Counted from the stretch's first letter, positions 52,947-63,107 are shown. The stretch: 64,000 bases of DNA from an uncultured archaeon (GCA_964558645.1 CAZLEV010000003.1:205080-269079); one strand, 5' to 3'. Numbers and translations are program-made. Notes: generated by a model not told the origin, from the letters alone.

Positions 52947-53696
52947 ATGAGTGACTTGCCTGACGATGCACTCAAGGCTGTAACAAAACTCGTAGTAAAT
53001 TCAGAGTATTTGATTGCACTGACAGGTGCTGGAATATCGAAGGAGTCTGATGTACCCACTTTTAGAGGAGAAGATGGACTCTGGCATGATTATGATGCGA
53101 TGGATCTTGCAACTCCTCAAGCATTTCAGCGAAATCCGAATCTGGTTTGGGAGTGGTATTCATGGCGTCAGGGTCTGATTGCAGCTTGCAGTCCCAACCC
53201 CGCTCACAAGACCCTGGCGAAGTGGGAACAGGGGGGACTTCTAAGAGCTATCATCACACAGAACGTGGACGGGCTTCATTACCGCGCGGGTTCTCGAAGA
53301 ATAATGAAAGTGCACGGAGATCTATGGGCTACAAGATGTACCTCCTGCGGATACAGCGGTCGTCTAAGCAGGCCAGCTGAAGGGATTCCCTCTTGCCCGG
53401 AATGTGGGTCCAGTCTTCGACCTGATGTTGTCTGGTTCGGTGAGAGTCTTGACCCTTCGGTGATGTCTGATGTATATAGTGAACTTCGTCGGGCCGATGT
53501 TTGTCTCGTGATAGGTACCTCGGCACTTGTTCAACCCGCGGCGTCCTTTCCGCTCACGGTCAAACGCAATGGCGGCGTAGTGGTTGAGATAAACATCGAA
53601 AGAACTCCCCTGACACAGCACGCAGATTATCATTTACGTGGGAAAGCAGGAGAGATCTTGCCAAGGATGGATGAGCATCTTCAGTCAAAAAAATGA
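52947..53696 (+). CDS. cobB: Sir2/CobB NAD-dependent protein deacylase
   Basis: TGAGIS, FRG, TQNVDGLH, HG, C4 zinc, RPDVVWFGE, GTS; AGGAGG SD before ATG 52947. Confidence 0.95.
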   Translation: MSDLPDDALKAVTKLVVNSEYLIALTGAGISKESDVPTFRGEDGLWHDYDAMDLATPQAFQRNPNLVWEWYSWRQGLIAACSPNPAHKTLAKWEQGGLLRAIITQNVDGLHYRAGSRRIMKVHGDLWATRCTSCGYSGRLSRPAEGIPSCPECGSSLRPDVVWFGESLDPSVMSDVYSELRRADVCLVIGTSALVQPAASFPLTVKRNGGVVVEINIERTPLTQHADYHLRGKAGEILPRMDEHLQSKK

Positions 53697-53805
53697 CTAG
53701 TCTATCTTCCTGTATCGCAAGATTACTTGACAGTTACCCCCAAAATCCATATGTCGGGAAGAGATAAATGTACGTGGAAGCGTGTTCGTGCAGAGGTAAC
53801 GAGCA

Positions 53806-54804
53806 ATGAAGGTTCTTGTGACGGGAGGAACAGGATTCATCGGCAGGCGATTGATACATCGGCTTGTTGAAGAAGGCCACAACGTACGTGCTTTCGTCCG
53901 AAAGACCAGCAACACACATGGTCTGCCCGAGGGTATCGAGTTTGTAGAGGGCGATTTGTTGGACCTGCCTTCACTCGAAGAGGCGGTCACTGGTGTTCAG
54001 GCTGTCATGCATCTTGCTGCATACTTCGACTTCTATCCTTCCGATGTTGAACTGATGTACAAAGTCAATGTTGACGGAACCAAGAATCTCATGAATGCTT
54101 GCGTCGGTACCAGCGTCGAACGTTTCATCTATTGCTCAACAACTGAAACAATTGGGCCGGTGAGGTACCCGCCCGCAAACGAGGATACTGAGTTGAGACC
54201 TCAGTTTGAATACGGGGAGTCTAAGATCCTGGCTGAGAAGGCGGTGCGCCAGATTGCAGAGGACACGGGGCTTCAGTATATCATCCTCCGACCTACGGGA
54301 GTCATGGGTGAGGGGGACCTCTACACTGCCTACGAAACCATCAAAGCCATCAATGACGGAGCGATTCCTGTTCTACCAGGTGATGGGGAGAAGCACATAA
54401 TGTACACCCATGTGGACGATGTTGTAGAAGGGTTTGTCAAGTCTCTCACCAGCCAGAGCGCACTTGACAATACTATCATTCTCGCCCCCGATGAAGCCAT
54501 GAAATACAGTGAGTTGATTGAGTTCCTTGGCGATTGCTTGGGTGTAGATCCCCCGAAGCGTCACGTTCCAACAACTCTGGCAAAGATCGGAATAGGCATG
54601 ATGAGTCCGTTCAAGAATCGGGGGAAAACAACATTCCTCTGGCATGCAAAGACTGTAGAGAGCATGGATCAAGAGCGCTGGTATTCCAATGAGAAAGCCA
54701 AGAGACTCCTTGGCTGGAATCCTAAGTACACCATGCAAGAGGGGATAAAGAGGGCCATCAAGTGGTATTATGATAATGGCTACCTAGAGAAACCGACAGA
54801 GTAA
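53806..54804 (+). CDS. Extended SDR, NAD-dependent epimerase/dehydratase (3-beta-HSD-like)
   Basis: TGGTGFIG, HLAA, YGESK, LRPTGVMGEGD. Confidence 0.9.
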   Translation: MKVLVTGGTGFIGRRLIHRLVEEGHNVRAFVRKTSNTHGLPEGIEFVEGDLLDLPSLEEAVTGVQAVMHLAAYFDFYPSDVELMYKVNVDGTKNLMNACVGTSVERFIYCSTTETIGPVRYPPANEDTELRPQFEYGESKILAEKAVRQIAEDTGLQYIILRPTGVMGEGDLYTAYETIKAINDGAIPVLPGDGEKHIMYTHVDDVVEGFVKSLTSQSALDNTIILAPDEAMKYSELIEFLGDCLGVDPPKRHVPTTLAKIGIGMMSPFKNRGKTTFLWHAKTVESMDQERWYSNEKAKRLLGWNPKYTMQEGIKRAIKWYYDNGYLEKPTE

Positions 54805-54806
54805 AG

Positions 54807-54917
54807 ATGGGTGCGCTCATCGGAGTCCTCTTTATAGTATCCTCTATCATTCTAGGATTCGCCTTTCTTGTTTTCTGTCACAGCACGGCAGATTTCATGA
54901 ATGTCACCGTTTGGTGA
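54807..54917 (+). CDS. Putative 36-aa single-TM microprotein (MGALIGVLFIVSSIILGFAFLVFCHSTADFMNVTVW)
   Basis: ATG 2 nt after the SDR stop; one 23-aa hydrophobic stretch. Confidence 0.3.
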   Translation: MGALIGVLFIVSSIILGFAFLVFCHSTADFMNVTVW

Positions 54918-55086
54918 TTCACTGTTGTGACTCCAGGTGCTGCATTTCAGACTCATGTGGCGTGGCAATCATTGTAGGTTTCGCAGGGGTTGTGAGTTTA
55001 TCCTCGATTTCCTTCGGTCCCAAAATCGATTCCCGTGATGGGCCATGTGGCAGAACAAGGATGCTTTCGAATAAACAGATGTGTTC

Positions 55087-56601
55087 TTACAGACGAGGAG
55101 GTTGGAAGCCGCCTGTCTTGTCCTCAAGATAGGTTGCCAGTTTCAAGGCCAGAGCTTCCTTGGCGCAACCAGTGATAATCTGTATACCGATGGGGAGCCC
55201 TTGTGAGGAAGTATCACACCGAAAAGTCACAGCAGGCAGGCCAACAAGACTGTAGGGGTGGGTGTAGCTCAGGAGGTCTAGTGGATTGAAATCCTCCTCA
55301 TCAGACTCTCCATGCTCGAAGGCTGTTCTAGCAGATACGGGGCAGACAATAGCGTCATAGGTCTTCAGGAAACGGATAATCTTGCTACGGTAGACATCAC
55401 GTTTGATTCCCCAGAAGAAGAACTCGATACCTAGCATTGCGTCAGATCCTCGTGCTTGCTGAGACCTATCCAACCAATCATCAGCCAAATCAAGTATTCT
55501 GGAAGGGTAGAGTTCCACTGGCTCCTCCTGTTCATGGATACTTGGCATTGTTTCTGGATCAATGTGTCGCGTGAAGCCATTCAGACCCTTGCTAAGACTG
55601 AGGAATTCGGTTGTGGCAAGTGGATACGTCTCGTGAATCTCAACATCAGCACTTGCAAGGACATCTGCTGCGTGATAGAGAGCTCTTTCAATCTCCTTGT
55701 CCGGTTCTACGAAGCCATTCTCCGCATAGTATGCTACTTTGAGGTCGTTCATTCCTAACTCGTCTGGTTCTTCAAGAGGCATAGGTACACACCTGGAGTC
55801 CCAGTTGTCGGGACCCATGATTACTGGCAGCACCAGCGCGAGGTCTTCGATAGTACGAGCCAAGGGCCCAATCTGGGTAGAATCTACGAAGCCGAGATAT
55901 GGGGGGATTGTACCAGTCCTAGGAACCCGTCCGAACGTGGGAATCAGACCACAGACCCCACAGAATGATGCGGGCCACTTGATGCTCCCTCCCGTATCGG
56001 ATCCAATGCCCAGATACGATCCTCCTCCTGCTATAAGAGCAGCCTCTCCTCCGCTGCTTGAGCCAACTGTCTTGTCTAGATCGTAGGGGTTGTTCGTTCT
56101 CCCGTAGATTTCATTTTCGGTCTCAAATCCTGCACAGAAAGCGGGACAGTTCGTTTTTCCAAGAATGACGGCGCCAGCAGCCTTCAGGCGCTCGACCACA
56201 GTTGCATCAAACGAAGGAACAAAACCCTCTCTCCCTTTGATTCCTCCAGTTGTGGTCATACCAGCGGTCTCTATGTTGTCTTTGATTGTGACCGGGAGGC
56301 CATGGAGAGGTCCCACCTGTTCACCGCGGGCTAGAGCGTCATCCGCCCCTCGTGCTTGAGCGATAACATTCTCTCGATCCAGGTAGACCAACGCGTTAAT
56401 TCTGCTGTTGACTCTCTCAATTCTCTCTAACAGATCTGACACAAGACCCTCAACTGAGAGTGATTGCTGGCGAATCTTTCTCAGTATCTCGGAAGCTGAG
56501 AGGTAACAATGCTTGTCCATTTTACTCACGTGTTCCTTGCGCCTGTCGAAGGCCCCCTTTTGATACATATGGGTGTTTGTTTCTGCAGGTGTTTCGTTCA
56601 T
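55087..56601 (-). CDS. Amidase signature family enzyme
   Basis: GPLHGLPVTIKD, GKTN, GSSSGG, GSDTGGSI. Confidence 0.93.
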   Translation of the reverse strand: MNETPAETNTHMYQKGAFDRRKEHVSKMDKHCYLSASEILRKIRQQSLSVEGLVSDLLERIERVNSRINALVYLDRENVIAQARGADDALARGEQVGPLHGLPVTIKDNIETAGMTTTGGIKGREGFVPSFDATVVERLKAAGAVILGKTNCPAFCAGFETENEIYGRTNNPYDLDKTVGSSSGGEAALIAGGGSYLGIGSDTGGSIKWPASFCGVCGLIPTFGRVPRTGTIPPYLGFVDSTQIGPLARTIEDLALVLPVIMGPDNWDSRCVPMPLEEPDELGMNDLKVAYYAENGFVEPDKEIERALYHAADVLASADVEIHETYPLATTEFLSLSKGLNGFTRHIDPETMPSIHEQEEPVELYPSRILDLADDWLDRSQQARGSDAMLGIEFFFWGIKRDVYRSKIIRFLKTYDAIVCPVSARTAFEHGESDEEDFNPLDLLSYTHPYSLVGLPAVTFRCDTSSQGLPIGIQIITGCAKEALALKLATYLEDKTGGFQPPRL

Positions 56602-56663
56602 GACAATCCTGAGTGAATCCCCTTTAAACAGGCTTATGTGCCACTCAGGATTCTTCTCATGGT

Positions 56664-57311
56664 ATGAGCACAGAGACCTTGGTCTATTGGATTAACAACA
56701 CCCTCTATGTCAACGCCTCATCCAGATGCAGTAATAGCTGCGTGTTCTGCGTGCGAAACTTCACTGATGGGGTCTATGGATTTGACCTTCGCATGAGTAG
56801 AGATCCAACACCGGAGGAGCTTGTGCAGGCAGTACTGAGAAGGACCGCAGATGGCTTCAAAGAGGTCGCGATTGTCGGATTCGGAGAACCGCTTCTCAAT
56901 CTTGAGAGCGTGCTCCAAGTCCTGAACGTTGTCACAGAACAACTAGGCCTTCCCACGAGGATGAACTCAAATGGACAGGGCTTGCTCCTGTATCCAGACC
57001 GAGATGTCCCCCTAGAGTTGGCGGAAGCAGGCCTCGACGAGATACAGGTCTCTCTCAATGCTCCAGACGCGGAGACCTACGTGAAACTTTGCCGTCCTGA
57101 GTTTGGTGTTAAGACATTTGATTCGGTGGTAGGATTTGTGAAGCGGTGTTCAGTGCTCATGGAGACAAAGATCTCTGTTGTGGAACTGCCCGGACTAGAT
57201 ATCGAAGCCTGCCGTCAGCTTGCAGACCGTCTCGGTGTTGGATTTAGGGTTCGTCAGTTCAAAGGCCCTAGACAGACTTCGGCTGACATCCGCCAGCTGC
57301 TAGACTCCTGA
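56664..57311 (+). CDS. TatD-associated-type radical SAM protein
   Basis: TLYVN..RCSNSCVFCVR, GFGEP, VSLNAPDAETY.KLCRP. Confidence 0.85.
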   Translation: MSTETLVYWINNTLYVNASSRCSNSCVFCVRNFTDGVYGFDLRMSRDPTPEELVQAVLRRTADGFKEVAIVGFGEPLLNLESVLQVLNVVTEQLGLPTRMNSNGQGLLLYPDRDVPLELAEAGLDEIQVSLNAPDAETYVKLCRPEFGVKTFDSVVGFVKRCSVLMETKISVVELPGLDIEACRQLADRLGVGFRVRQFKGPRQTSADIRQLLDS

Positions 57312-57416
57312 TATGCAATGCCCTTCTGATACACACGAGTTGAGTAGGACGCCGGCATTTGCTTCTTGGAGAAGACTTCGGTTAGGTATATCTGGGATAG
57401 CCCTCTCCTTCTACAC

Positions 57417-58259
57417 ATGGATTTGACGAAGCTATCGGATCACATCTATGCAGACACCAGCGGAATCAATGGAGGGAACTGGGGGGCTATCTTGCTTGAA
57501 GATGAGATTGTATGGATTGATTCCGGAATGTTCCATCAAAAGACACGTAAGATGATGAACTGGCTAGAATCGCTGACCGGCGTATCTAGTAAAACAATGG
57601 TTCTCACTCACTGGCACTCTGACCACATCTTTGGAGCTCAGGGTCTTGATGTAAAACGGATTCTCAGTTCGAAGGACACAAAGAATGCTTGTATGCAAGC
57701 CTTAGATTCTAGCTGGAAACGCGACGAGCTTCTTTCTTACGCCAAAGAGGTCCGAAAGGAGCGTCCCGAGAACTGGGATGCGGTTCAAGACCTTGAGCTT
57801 CTGATTCCGACTGAAACCTTCGAGTCGTCTTATCAGCTGGATGAAGACATTCTGATTACGAAAGTTGGTGGGCACACAGCAGGCTCATCTATTGTCACTT
57901 ACGGGCCAGAGAATGCAGTATTCACAGGAGATCTCGTGTTTAGCGAGGAATTCCCATACATGGGGGATAGTTCCTGTGCAATCGATCAATGGATTGATAG
58001 TCTTGAAGAGATCATCGACAAAGAATTTGACCTGATTATCCCAGGACATGGCCCGGTTTGTTCCAACTCTGAGCTAGCCAAGCACAGTGACTTTATGCAG
58101 CGACTTCGGGACTCAGTTGAGGAGGCGCTGTCAGACGGACTAGGTCCTGAAGAATACCTCGAACATGGATTCCTTCCTGCTTTCTATGAAGACACGAGGG
58201 GCCATAGAACGGCTTCCGCAGTAAGAAGGGCCTTCGAGCTATATCGCAATCATCAGTAG
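57417..58259 (+). CDS. MBL-fold metallo-hydrolase
   Basis: THWHSDH, GHT, FTGD, IPGHG. Confidence 0.9.
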   Translation: MDLTKLSDHIYADTSGINGGNWGAILLEDEIVWIDSGMFHQKTRKMMNWLESLTGVSSKTMVLTHWHSDHIFGAQGLDVKRILSSKDTKNACMQALDSSWKRDELLSYAKEVRKERPENWDAVQDLELLIPTETFESSYQLDEDILITKVGGHTAGSSIVTYGPENAVFTGDLVFSEEFPYMGDSSCAIDQWIDSLEEIIDKEFDLIIPGHGPVCSNSELAKHSDFMQRLRDSVEEALSDGLGPEEYLEHGFLPAFYEDTRGHRTASAVRRAFELYRNHQ

Positions 58260-58455
58260 TTTGGATTCTTCAATGATGCTCTTGGAGTCATTTTTCGGTG
58301 GAGTGGTCTTCTAAAAGGATAAGCATTGCCTAGCAGCCCCTCTAGTAGTCCTCGAATGTGAAGAGGAAGCATCTGCAATCGCATCTATGGGCCCTGGATA
58401 ATGTCACCAATGAGCTTTTTAAGAGAAATCGCACCGGAAAGGTGAGGCAGGAGAT

Positions 58456-60945
58456 ATGCAAAGCAAAAAGCACGCAATTTACTTGTCGCTCATCATGCTG
58501 ATGAGCCTGAGTCTGCTTCCACCGATATCCTTCTCTTCCGTTGATTCGACTCTGGGAGGTAGCTCGGTAGAGCAGCTAACACCGGCTGAGATCATGCCGC
58601 GCAATATTCGAGTAGCAGTGTACGATGAGCCTAACACAACGACCCCTGAGTGGGGCTGGAGTGGACTCTATGTAAACGATTCTAGTGACATAGCACAGGT
58701 TCTGAGCAATGCCGGCTATGAGGTAGAACTCGTTACATTCGATGATCTGCTCGACCATGGGCTACTTGTGTCGGAGTTCGATGTCTTCGTCTTGCCCGAT
58801 AATATGCCACGAGAGAACGTAACGATGTTGGCAAAGTCATTCTGGCTCTCTGGTGGAGGACTTCTGACTATCGATAGCTCAGCTCAGTTTTTGGGCTATG
58901 CAGGAATCATCCCCTCCGAGTCTGAAGGCGATGATGGTTACGGAACCTACTGGACCTACTCTAACTCAGAGATACAGGTTGTCAACACATTGCATCCCGT
59001 GACCAAGGGATTCTCTGTTGGAAACGAGATCAACATCACAATGCTCGACTGGGCCACATTCGACTGGTCCGCCATAACACCGACCACAGAGGGAGGCCAC
59101 TATGTCAGACTTCTCCATGTTGATGGGATTCCCAACAGTGTGACCGGCCTCGCCTATGAGCCCGAGCTTCGAGGTGGACGAGTTGTTCATCTGCCCGGTT
59201 GGGCACAGAATATCAACGAGGACCGGTTCATTGTCGAAGAGATGGAGACCCTCTGGGTTGATGCCATAGAGTGGCTCTGTCCTGTTCCTAAGTCTCGAGT
59301 TGTCTTCGACTTGTCGCATCAGCCACGATTGGGCTTCGATCCTTGGGACGAGTATTCCAGTTTCCCAAACTACTTGGTAGACTTTCGAGATCACCTTGTC
59401 ACACACTCATTCACAGTGGACAAGCTGTATCCCTCGGATGAAGGGAATCTCACAGCAGACCGACTTGCCCCCTACGAAGTTCTCATTCTTGTGAGTCCAG
59501 ACTTCAACTATACCGCTGCGGAAATCACTGCCGTGGAGGATTGGGTCGACTCTGGCGGGTCTCTCTTGGTCCTTGGTGAGTCTGCGAATGTATTCGGTTT
59601 CAGCATTTGTGCTGACCAGCTGAATAACATGGTGAGCCCCTTTGGGATGCAACTTAATGACAGCTACCTAAGCGGTACCCATACGTTAGAACCCCTCTAT
59701 ACTCCTGTCAGAGATCGCGTAGATGAACTCACCGTGTCTGCAGTAGGATACATCAATCTTACTGGCGACGCCTTTCCGTTGATCGAGAAGGATGGCAATG
59801 TCCATGGTGCTGCTGTTGAACACGGTGACGGACGTATGATTCTGATGGCTGACATGAACTGGGCGGACATGAACCGTCTAGATCAGGTCGACAATAGGGA
59901 CTGGGCACTCAATCTGATGAACTGGCTGGGTTCCGCAGCAGCAACCACATTGCTGTATTGCGATGATGTCGTAGCAGATGACTTCTACGAGACGCCTGCG
60001 GCGAAGGCACTGAACGAACTGGGAATCGAGTTCTTCTTGGTGACTTGGCGATACAATCTCAATTTAACCCTCGAGACGTACGACTGGGAATACGTCATAG
60101 TCGACGCTGTCAACTACGTCGTGGGTGACTCGAGTACACAACTCATCGAGCATGTTGAGAATGGCGGCTATCTTGCCATGGCAACTTATGCTTGGAGTTA
60201 CTCCGGTTTCGAAGATCTTCTGAGCATGATGGGTGTTGCTTATGCAGATAATTATCCCTCGAACGATGACTTCTACATCTGGGATCAAAATCATCCAATC
60301 TACATGAACCCAGTTGACCTAGGCTCGACCTCGTTTGAGATCTCAGGTCCATACATGGATGATGGCGATTTGTTCCATGTGTTCGACAATGCAACAGCCC
60401 TGGGTGGTTCGAGTTCTCTGGAGCAGACCAATAAGTGTGCGCTCGCTGTTCGGAATGATCGAAAGACTATCGCGATGGGTTACATCTTCGATCAGCTGGA
60501 TGGTGACAGCGATGAGTCTGGATATGCGGATAAGGATGAGATATGGCTGAATGTCATTGCTCATCTCTTTGGACCCACTATTGACTCACCGGCTGATGTT
60601 TCTTACACAGAAGATGAAACAGGCAATGTGATAACGTGGAATCCTGACAGCTATCATCCTGCAGAGTACATCGTCAGCAGGAATGGAACCGCCATCACCA
60701 CCGAAGAATGGGCTGGCGGAAGCATTGAGGTCAGCATCGATGGTCTTACGGCTGGCAACTACAGCTATACGCTCACGGTTGTGGACTGGACTGGCAATGA
60801 GGCAAGTGATACAGTGCACGTCGAAGTCAAAGAGGCTGCAAGCATCATACCACCTGGCTTGTTGGATGACCCAATGCTACTGCTCATAGTTGCAGGTGTT
60901 CTTGTCCTCCTCATCGTCGTGTGTATTGCCAAGCGCAAGAAGTAG
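58456..60945 (+). CDS. Large cell-surface protein: tandem DUF4350/GATase1-like domains + Ig-like domain + C-terminal TM
   Basis: Signal peptide; three ..GG.LL repeats (SGGGLL, SGGSLL, NGGYL); PTIDSPADVSY..GNEASDTV Ig module; TM + KRKK. Confidence 0.8.
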   Translation: MQSKKHAIYLSLIMLMSLSLLPPISFSSVDSTLGGSSVEQLTPAEIMPRNIRVAVYDEPNTTTPEWGWSGLYVNDSSDIAQVLSNAGYEVELVTFDDLLDHGLLVSEFDVFVLPDNMPRENVTMLAKSFWLSGGGLLTIDSSAQFLGYAGIIPSESEGDDGYGTYWTYSNSEIQVVNTLHPVTKGFSVGNEINITMLDWATFDWSAITPTTEGGHYVRLLHVDGIPNSVTGLAYEPELRGGRVVHLPGWAQNINEDRFIVEEMETLWVDAIEWLCPVPKSRVVFDLSHQPRLGFDPWDEYSSFPNYLVDFRDHLVTHSFTVDKLYPSDEGNLTADRLAPYEVLILVSPDFNYTAAEITAVEDWVDSGGSLLVLGESANVFGFSICADQLNNMVSPFGMQLNDSYLSGTHTLEPLYTPVRDRVDELTVSAVGYINLTGDAFPLIEKDGNVHGAAVEHGDGRMILMADMNWADMNRLDQVDNRDWALNLMNWLGSAAATTLLYCDDVVADDFYETPAAKALNELGIEFFLVTWRYNLNLTLETYDWEYVIVDAVNYVVGDSSTQLIEHVENGGYLAMATYAWSYSGFEDLLSMMGVAYADNYPSNDDFYIWDQNHPIYMNPVDLGSTSFEISGPYMDDGDLFHVFDNATALGGSSSLEQTNKCALAVRNDRKTIAMGYIFDQLDGDSDESGYADKDEIWLNVIAHLFGPTIDSPADVSYTEDETGNVITWNPDSYHPAEYIVSRNGTAITTEEWAGGSIEVSIDGLTAGNYSYTLTVVDWTGNEASDTVHVEVKEAASIIPPGLLDDPMLLLIVAGVLVLLIVVCIAKRKK

Positions 60946-60955
60946 TACGGAACTA

Positions 60956-60998
60956 TAGAGTGGCCGCCATTAGGGCTGGCCCTCTTCATACTTTTTTC
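60956..60998 (+). terminator. Imperfect hairpin followed by T-tract
   Basis: GAGTGGCC...GGCCCTC followed by CTTTTTT after the 60945 stop. Confidence 0.45.
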
Positions 60999-61107
60999 TG
61001 GATGATTTCTGGGTCACGTAGGTGGTACTCTTCTGCATAGGACACTATGCTTATAGCCAAATCCTCCGAGCTTCAGCTAATTTCCATCAAGCGGAGGGAA
61101 CGATGCT

Positions 61108-62277
61108 CTGTCATTTAGCAACGAATACCAAGACCGCGTCATTAGCTACCCTACATTCACCGAACTGAATGCAGCACTCTCCCAGTATTTTGAAGTCTTA
61201 GAGAGTTCGATGCAGTACAGTATGCCAACGTTCCTCTTTCGATGGCCTGATGGTCAGGTCCCCAGCATTGATGAACAGCGGAGAGTCTTTGATGAACTCG
61301 ATGATAAGGCTGAGAGATTGGGAGTCTGGCCTGTTGTTCGTTGGTATGATGAGGACCAGGGGATTTACAACTCCCGCTTTGTACCTGTGCAGAAGGAGGG
61401 AAAATCAGATACCCGTATCAACTATGCACTGTTCATTGCCACCATAGCCTCCATCGCTCTGGGTGGTTTTCTTCAAGCGACAAGTCCGGTTTTTCTGAGT
61501 CTCTTCTATCCTCAGGGGTGGACAATACTCGATCTTGTCTTTGTAACGGTGATTTTCATTGCATCACTGATGGGGATAATATTCACACATGAAATGGGGC
61601 ACTATCTTACTGCCAAGAGACGTGGTATCGATGCAACACCCCCTTATTTTATCCCTGGATTACCCCAGTTGGGCGGGACATTCGGGGCCTTCATCCAACA
61701 GAAGAGCCCGCCAAAGAGCCGGCGCGATCTATTTGACTTGGGAGTCGCTGGACCACTGGCTGGATTCGCTGTCACTCTCATCGTTCTCTTCGTGGGCTTC
61801 TTCCTGTCTGTGCCCGTCACAGCTGAGCAACTGGCGGCAATAGACGCTGCATTTCCAGATATGACCGGTTCGCTTCCGGTTCCACCAATCTTCTGGCTCT
61901 TGGAATTTGTATTCGATGATTTCATTCCTGCAGGAGGAACTCTCTACCTTCATCCGGTCGGATTCGCCGCGTGGGTCGGATGTCTGGTGACAGCATTGAA
62001 TCTATTCCCGACCAGTCAGCTTGATGGAGGTCACGCACTGCGAGCCATAGTGGCTTCAGAAAAACACAAGTACATCGGTTGGGTGGCCATTGCGGTAATG
62101 GCAATCTCGGGCTATTTTGTCATGGCCATTCTTGTTGTACTGATTTCGCAGGGAGGAGAACATCCTGGGCCTCTGAACGACACAGTCCCCGTATCAAAGA
62201 GTCGGATTGCTGTGTTTATCCTGGCTATGATTATCCTAGTGCTGGCAATACCACCCATCGGACTTGATATCTTCTAG
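61108..62277 (+). CDS. Site-2 protease, M50 family intramembrane metalloprotease (probable CTG start; first ATG at 61210)
   Basis: HEMGH, GTFGA, AGPLAG, LNLFP..QLDGGH; SD GGAGGG upstream of in-frame CTG 61108. Confidence 0.9.
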   Translation: MSFSNEYQDRVISYPTFTELNAALSQYFEVLESSMQYSMPTFLFRWPDGQVPSIDEQRRVFDELDDKAERLGVWPVVRWYDEDQGIYNSRFVPVQKEGKSDTRINYALFIATIASIALGGFLQATSPVFLSLFYPQGWTILDLVFVTVIFIASLMGIIFTHEMGHYLTAKRRGIDATPPYFIPGLPQLGGTFGAFIQQKSPPKSRRDLFDLGVAGPLAGFAVTLIVLFVGFFLSVPVTAEQLAAIDAAFPDMTGSLPVPPIFWLLEFVFDDFIPAGGTLYLHPVGFAAWVGCLVTALNLFPTSQLDGGHALRAIVASEKHKYIGWVAIAVMAISGYFVMAILVVLISQGGEHPGPLNDTVPVSKSRIAVFILAMIILVLAIPPIGLDIF

Positions 62278-62341
62278 TCCGCTAGAAAACAAAGATGAGG
62301 AAGCTATCGGAGCTGTCAAGAACTCCGATGCTTCATCAGTT

Positions 62342-62944
62342 CTAGAACCATTCTTCTTCTTCGTAGTCGCCCCAGTCTTCACCTTCAGGAACGCGCATGA
62401 CGCCCAGCTCCAAGAGCCGGTCCATGACCTTCTCTGCAGCTTCATCAATCTGAGGCTCAAACTTGGCACCTGTTATGACAAGCTTGCCCGAGCCAAAGAG
62501 CAGGATGACCACCTTTGGTTCGCGCATACGGTAGATTAGACCGGGAAACTGTTCGGGTTCGTAGAGAGTGTTCTCAAGTTTCATCGCTGCCAGCTCGAGG
62601 TTGAGCTCAGCTCCGAGACTCGCACTTGCTACAATATTCTGGACCACGATGATTGGCTTTCCCGTGATCTCAATCCCAGCCTCTTTGATGTTCTTCACAA
62701 TTTTGTGAACGGCCTTCTTTGCTTCCTTCTCGCTCTTAGCCCCGGTGCACACCATTTTTCCACTATTGAAAATCAGTGTGGCCGTCTTGGGCTTTTTCAG
62801 GCGGTAAACAAGTCCTGGGAATTGCTCAGGATCAAACTCTACATTGGGCATCGTAGCGGCAATCTCGTCCAAGTCAAGACGTTGATTCAGTATGACAGAA
62901 GCCACTACATTCTCTATTTTTGTCTTCGGCTGTGGTCTTGGCAT
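62342..62944 (-). CDS. tbp: TATA-box-binding protein
   Basis: Two direct repeats (ENVVAS/QNIVAS, FDPEQFPGL/YEPEQFPGL, SGKMVCTGAK/SGKLVITGAK); acidic tail. Confidence 0.98.
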   Translation of the reverse strand: MPRPQPKTKIENVVASVILNQRLDLDEIAATMPNVEFDPEQFPGLVYRLKKPKTATLIFNSGKMVCTGAKSEKEAKKAVHKIVKNIKEAGIEITGKPIIVVQNIVASASLGAELNLELAAMKLENTLYEPEQFPGLIYRMREPKVVILLFGSGKLVITGAKFEPQIDEAAEKVMDRLLELGVMRVPEGEDWGDYEEEEWF

Positions 62945-62958
62945 CCATTTTCCCCTGC

Positions 62959-63000
62959 CTTATATATGTCGAGCTGTCCCTATATAAGTCGCCTTTTAAA
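62959..63000 (-). promoter_or_regulatory. tbp promoter region: TTTAAA box plus inverted CTTATATA/TATATAAG pair
   Basis: 62959-62966 and 62981-62988 are perfect inverted repeats; TTTAAA at 62995-63000. Confidence 0.45.
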
Positions 63001-63107
63001 ACTGACGAAAGAATCCATTTTTTGGGGGTGTGTCGGTCCGTTTCAGAGTCAGGCGAGATATGTTGTGACAAAAACACGGATATAGAGGACAGGTTCCAAT
63101 ATCACAC

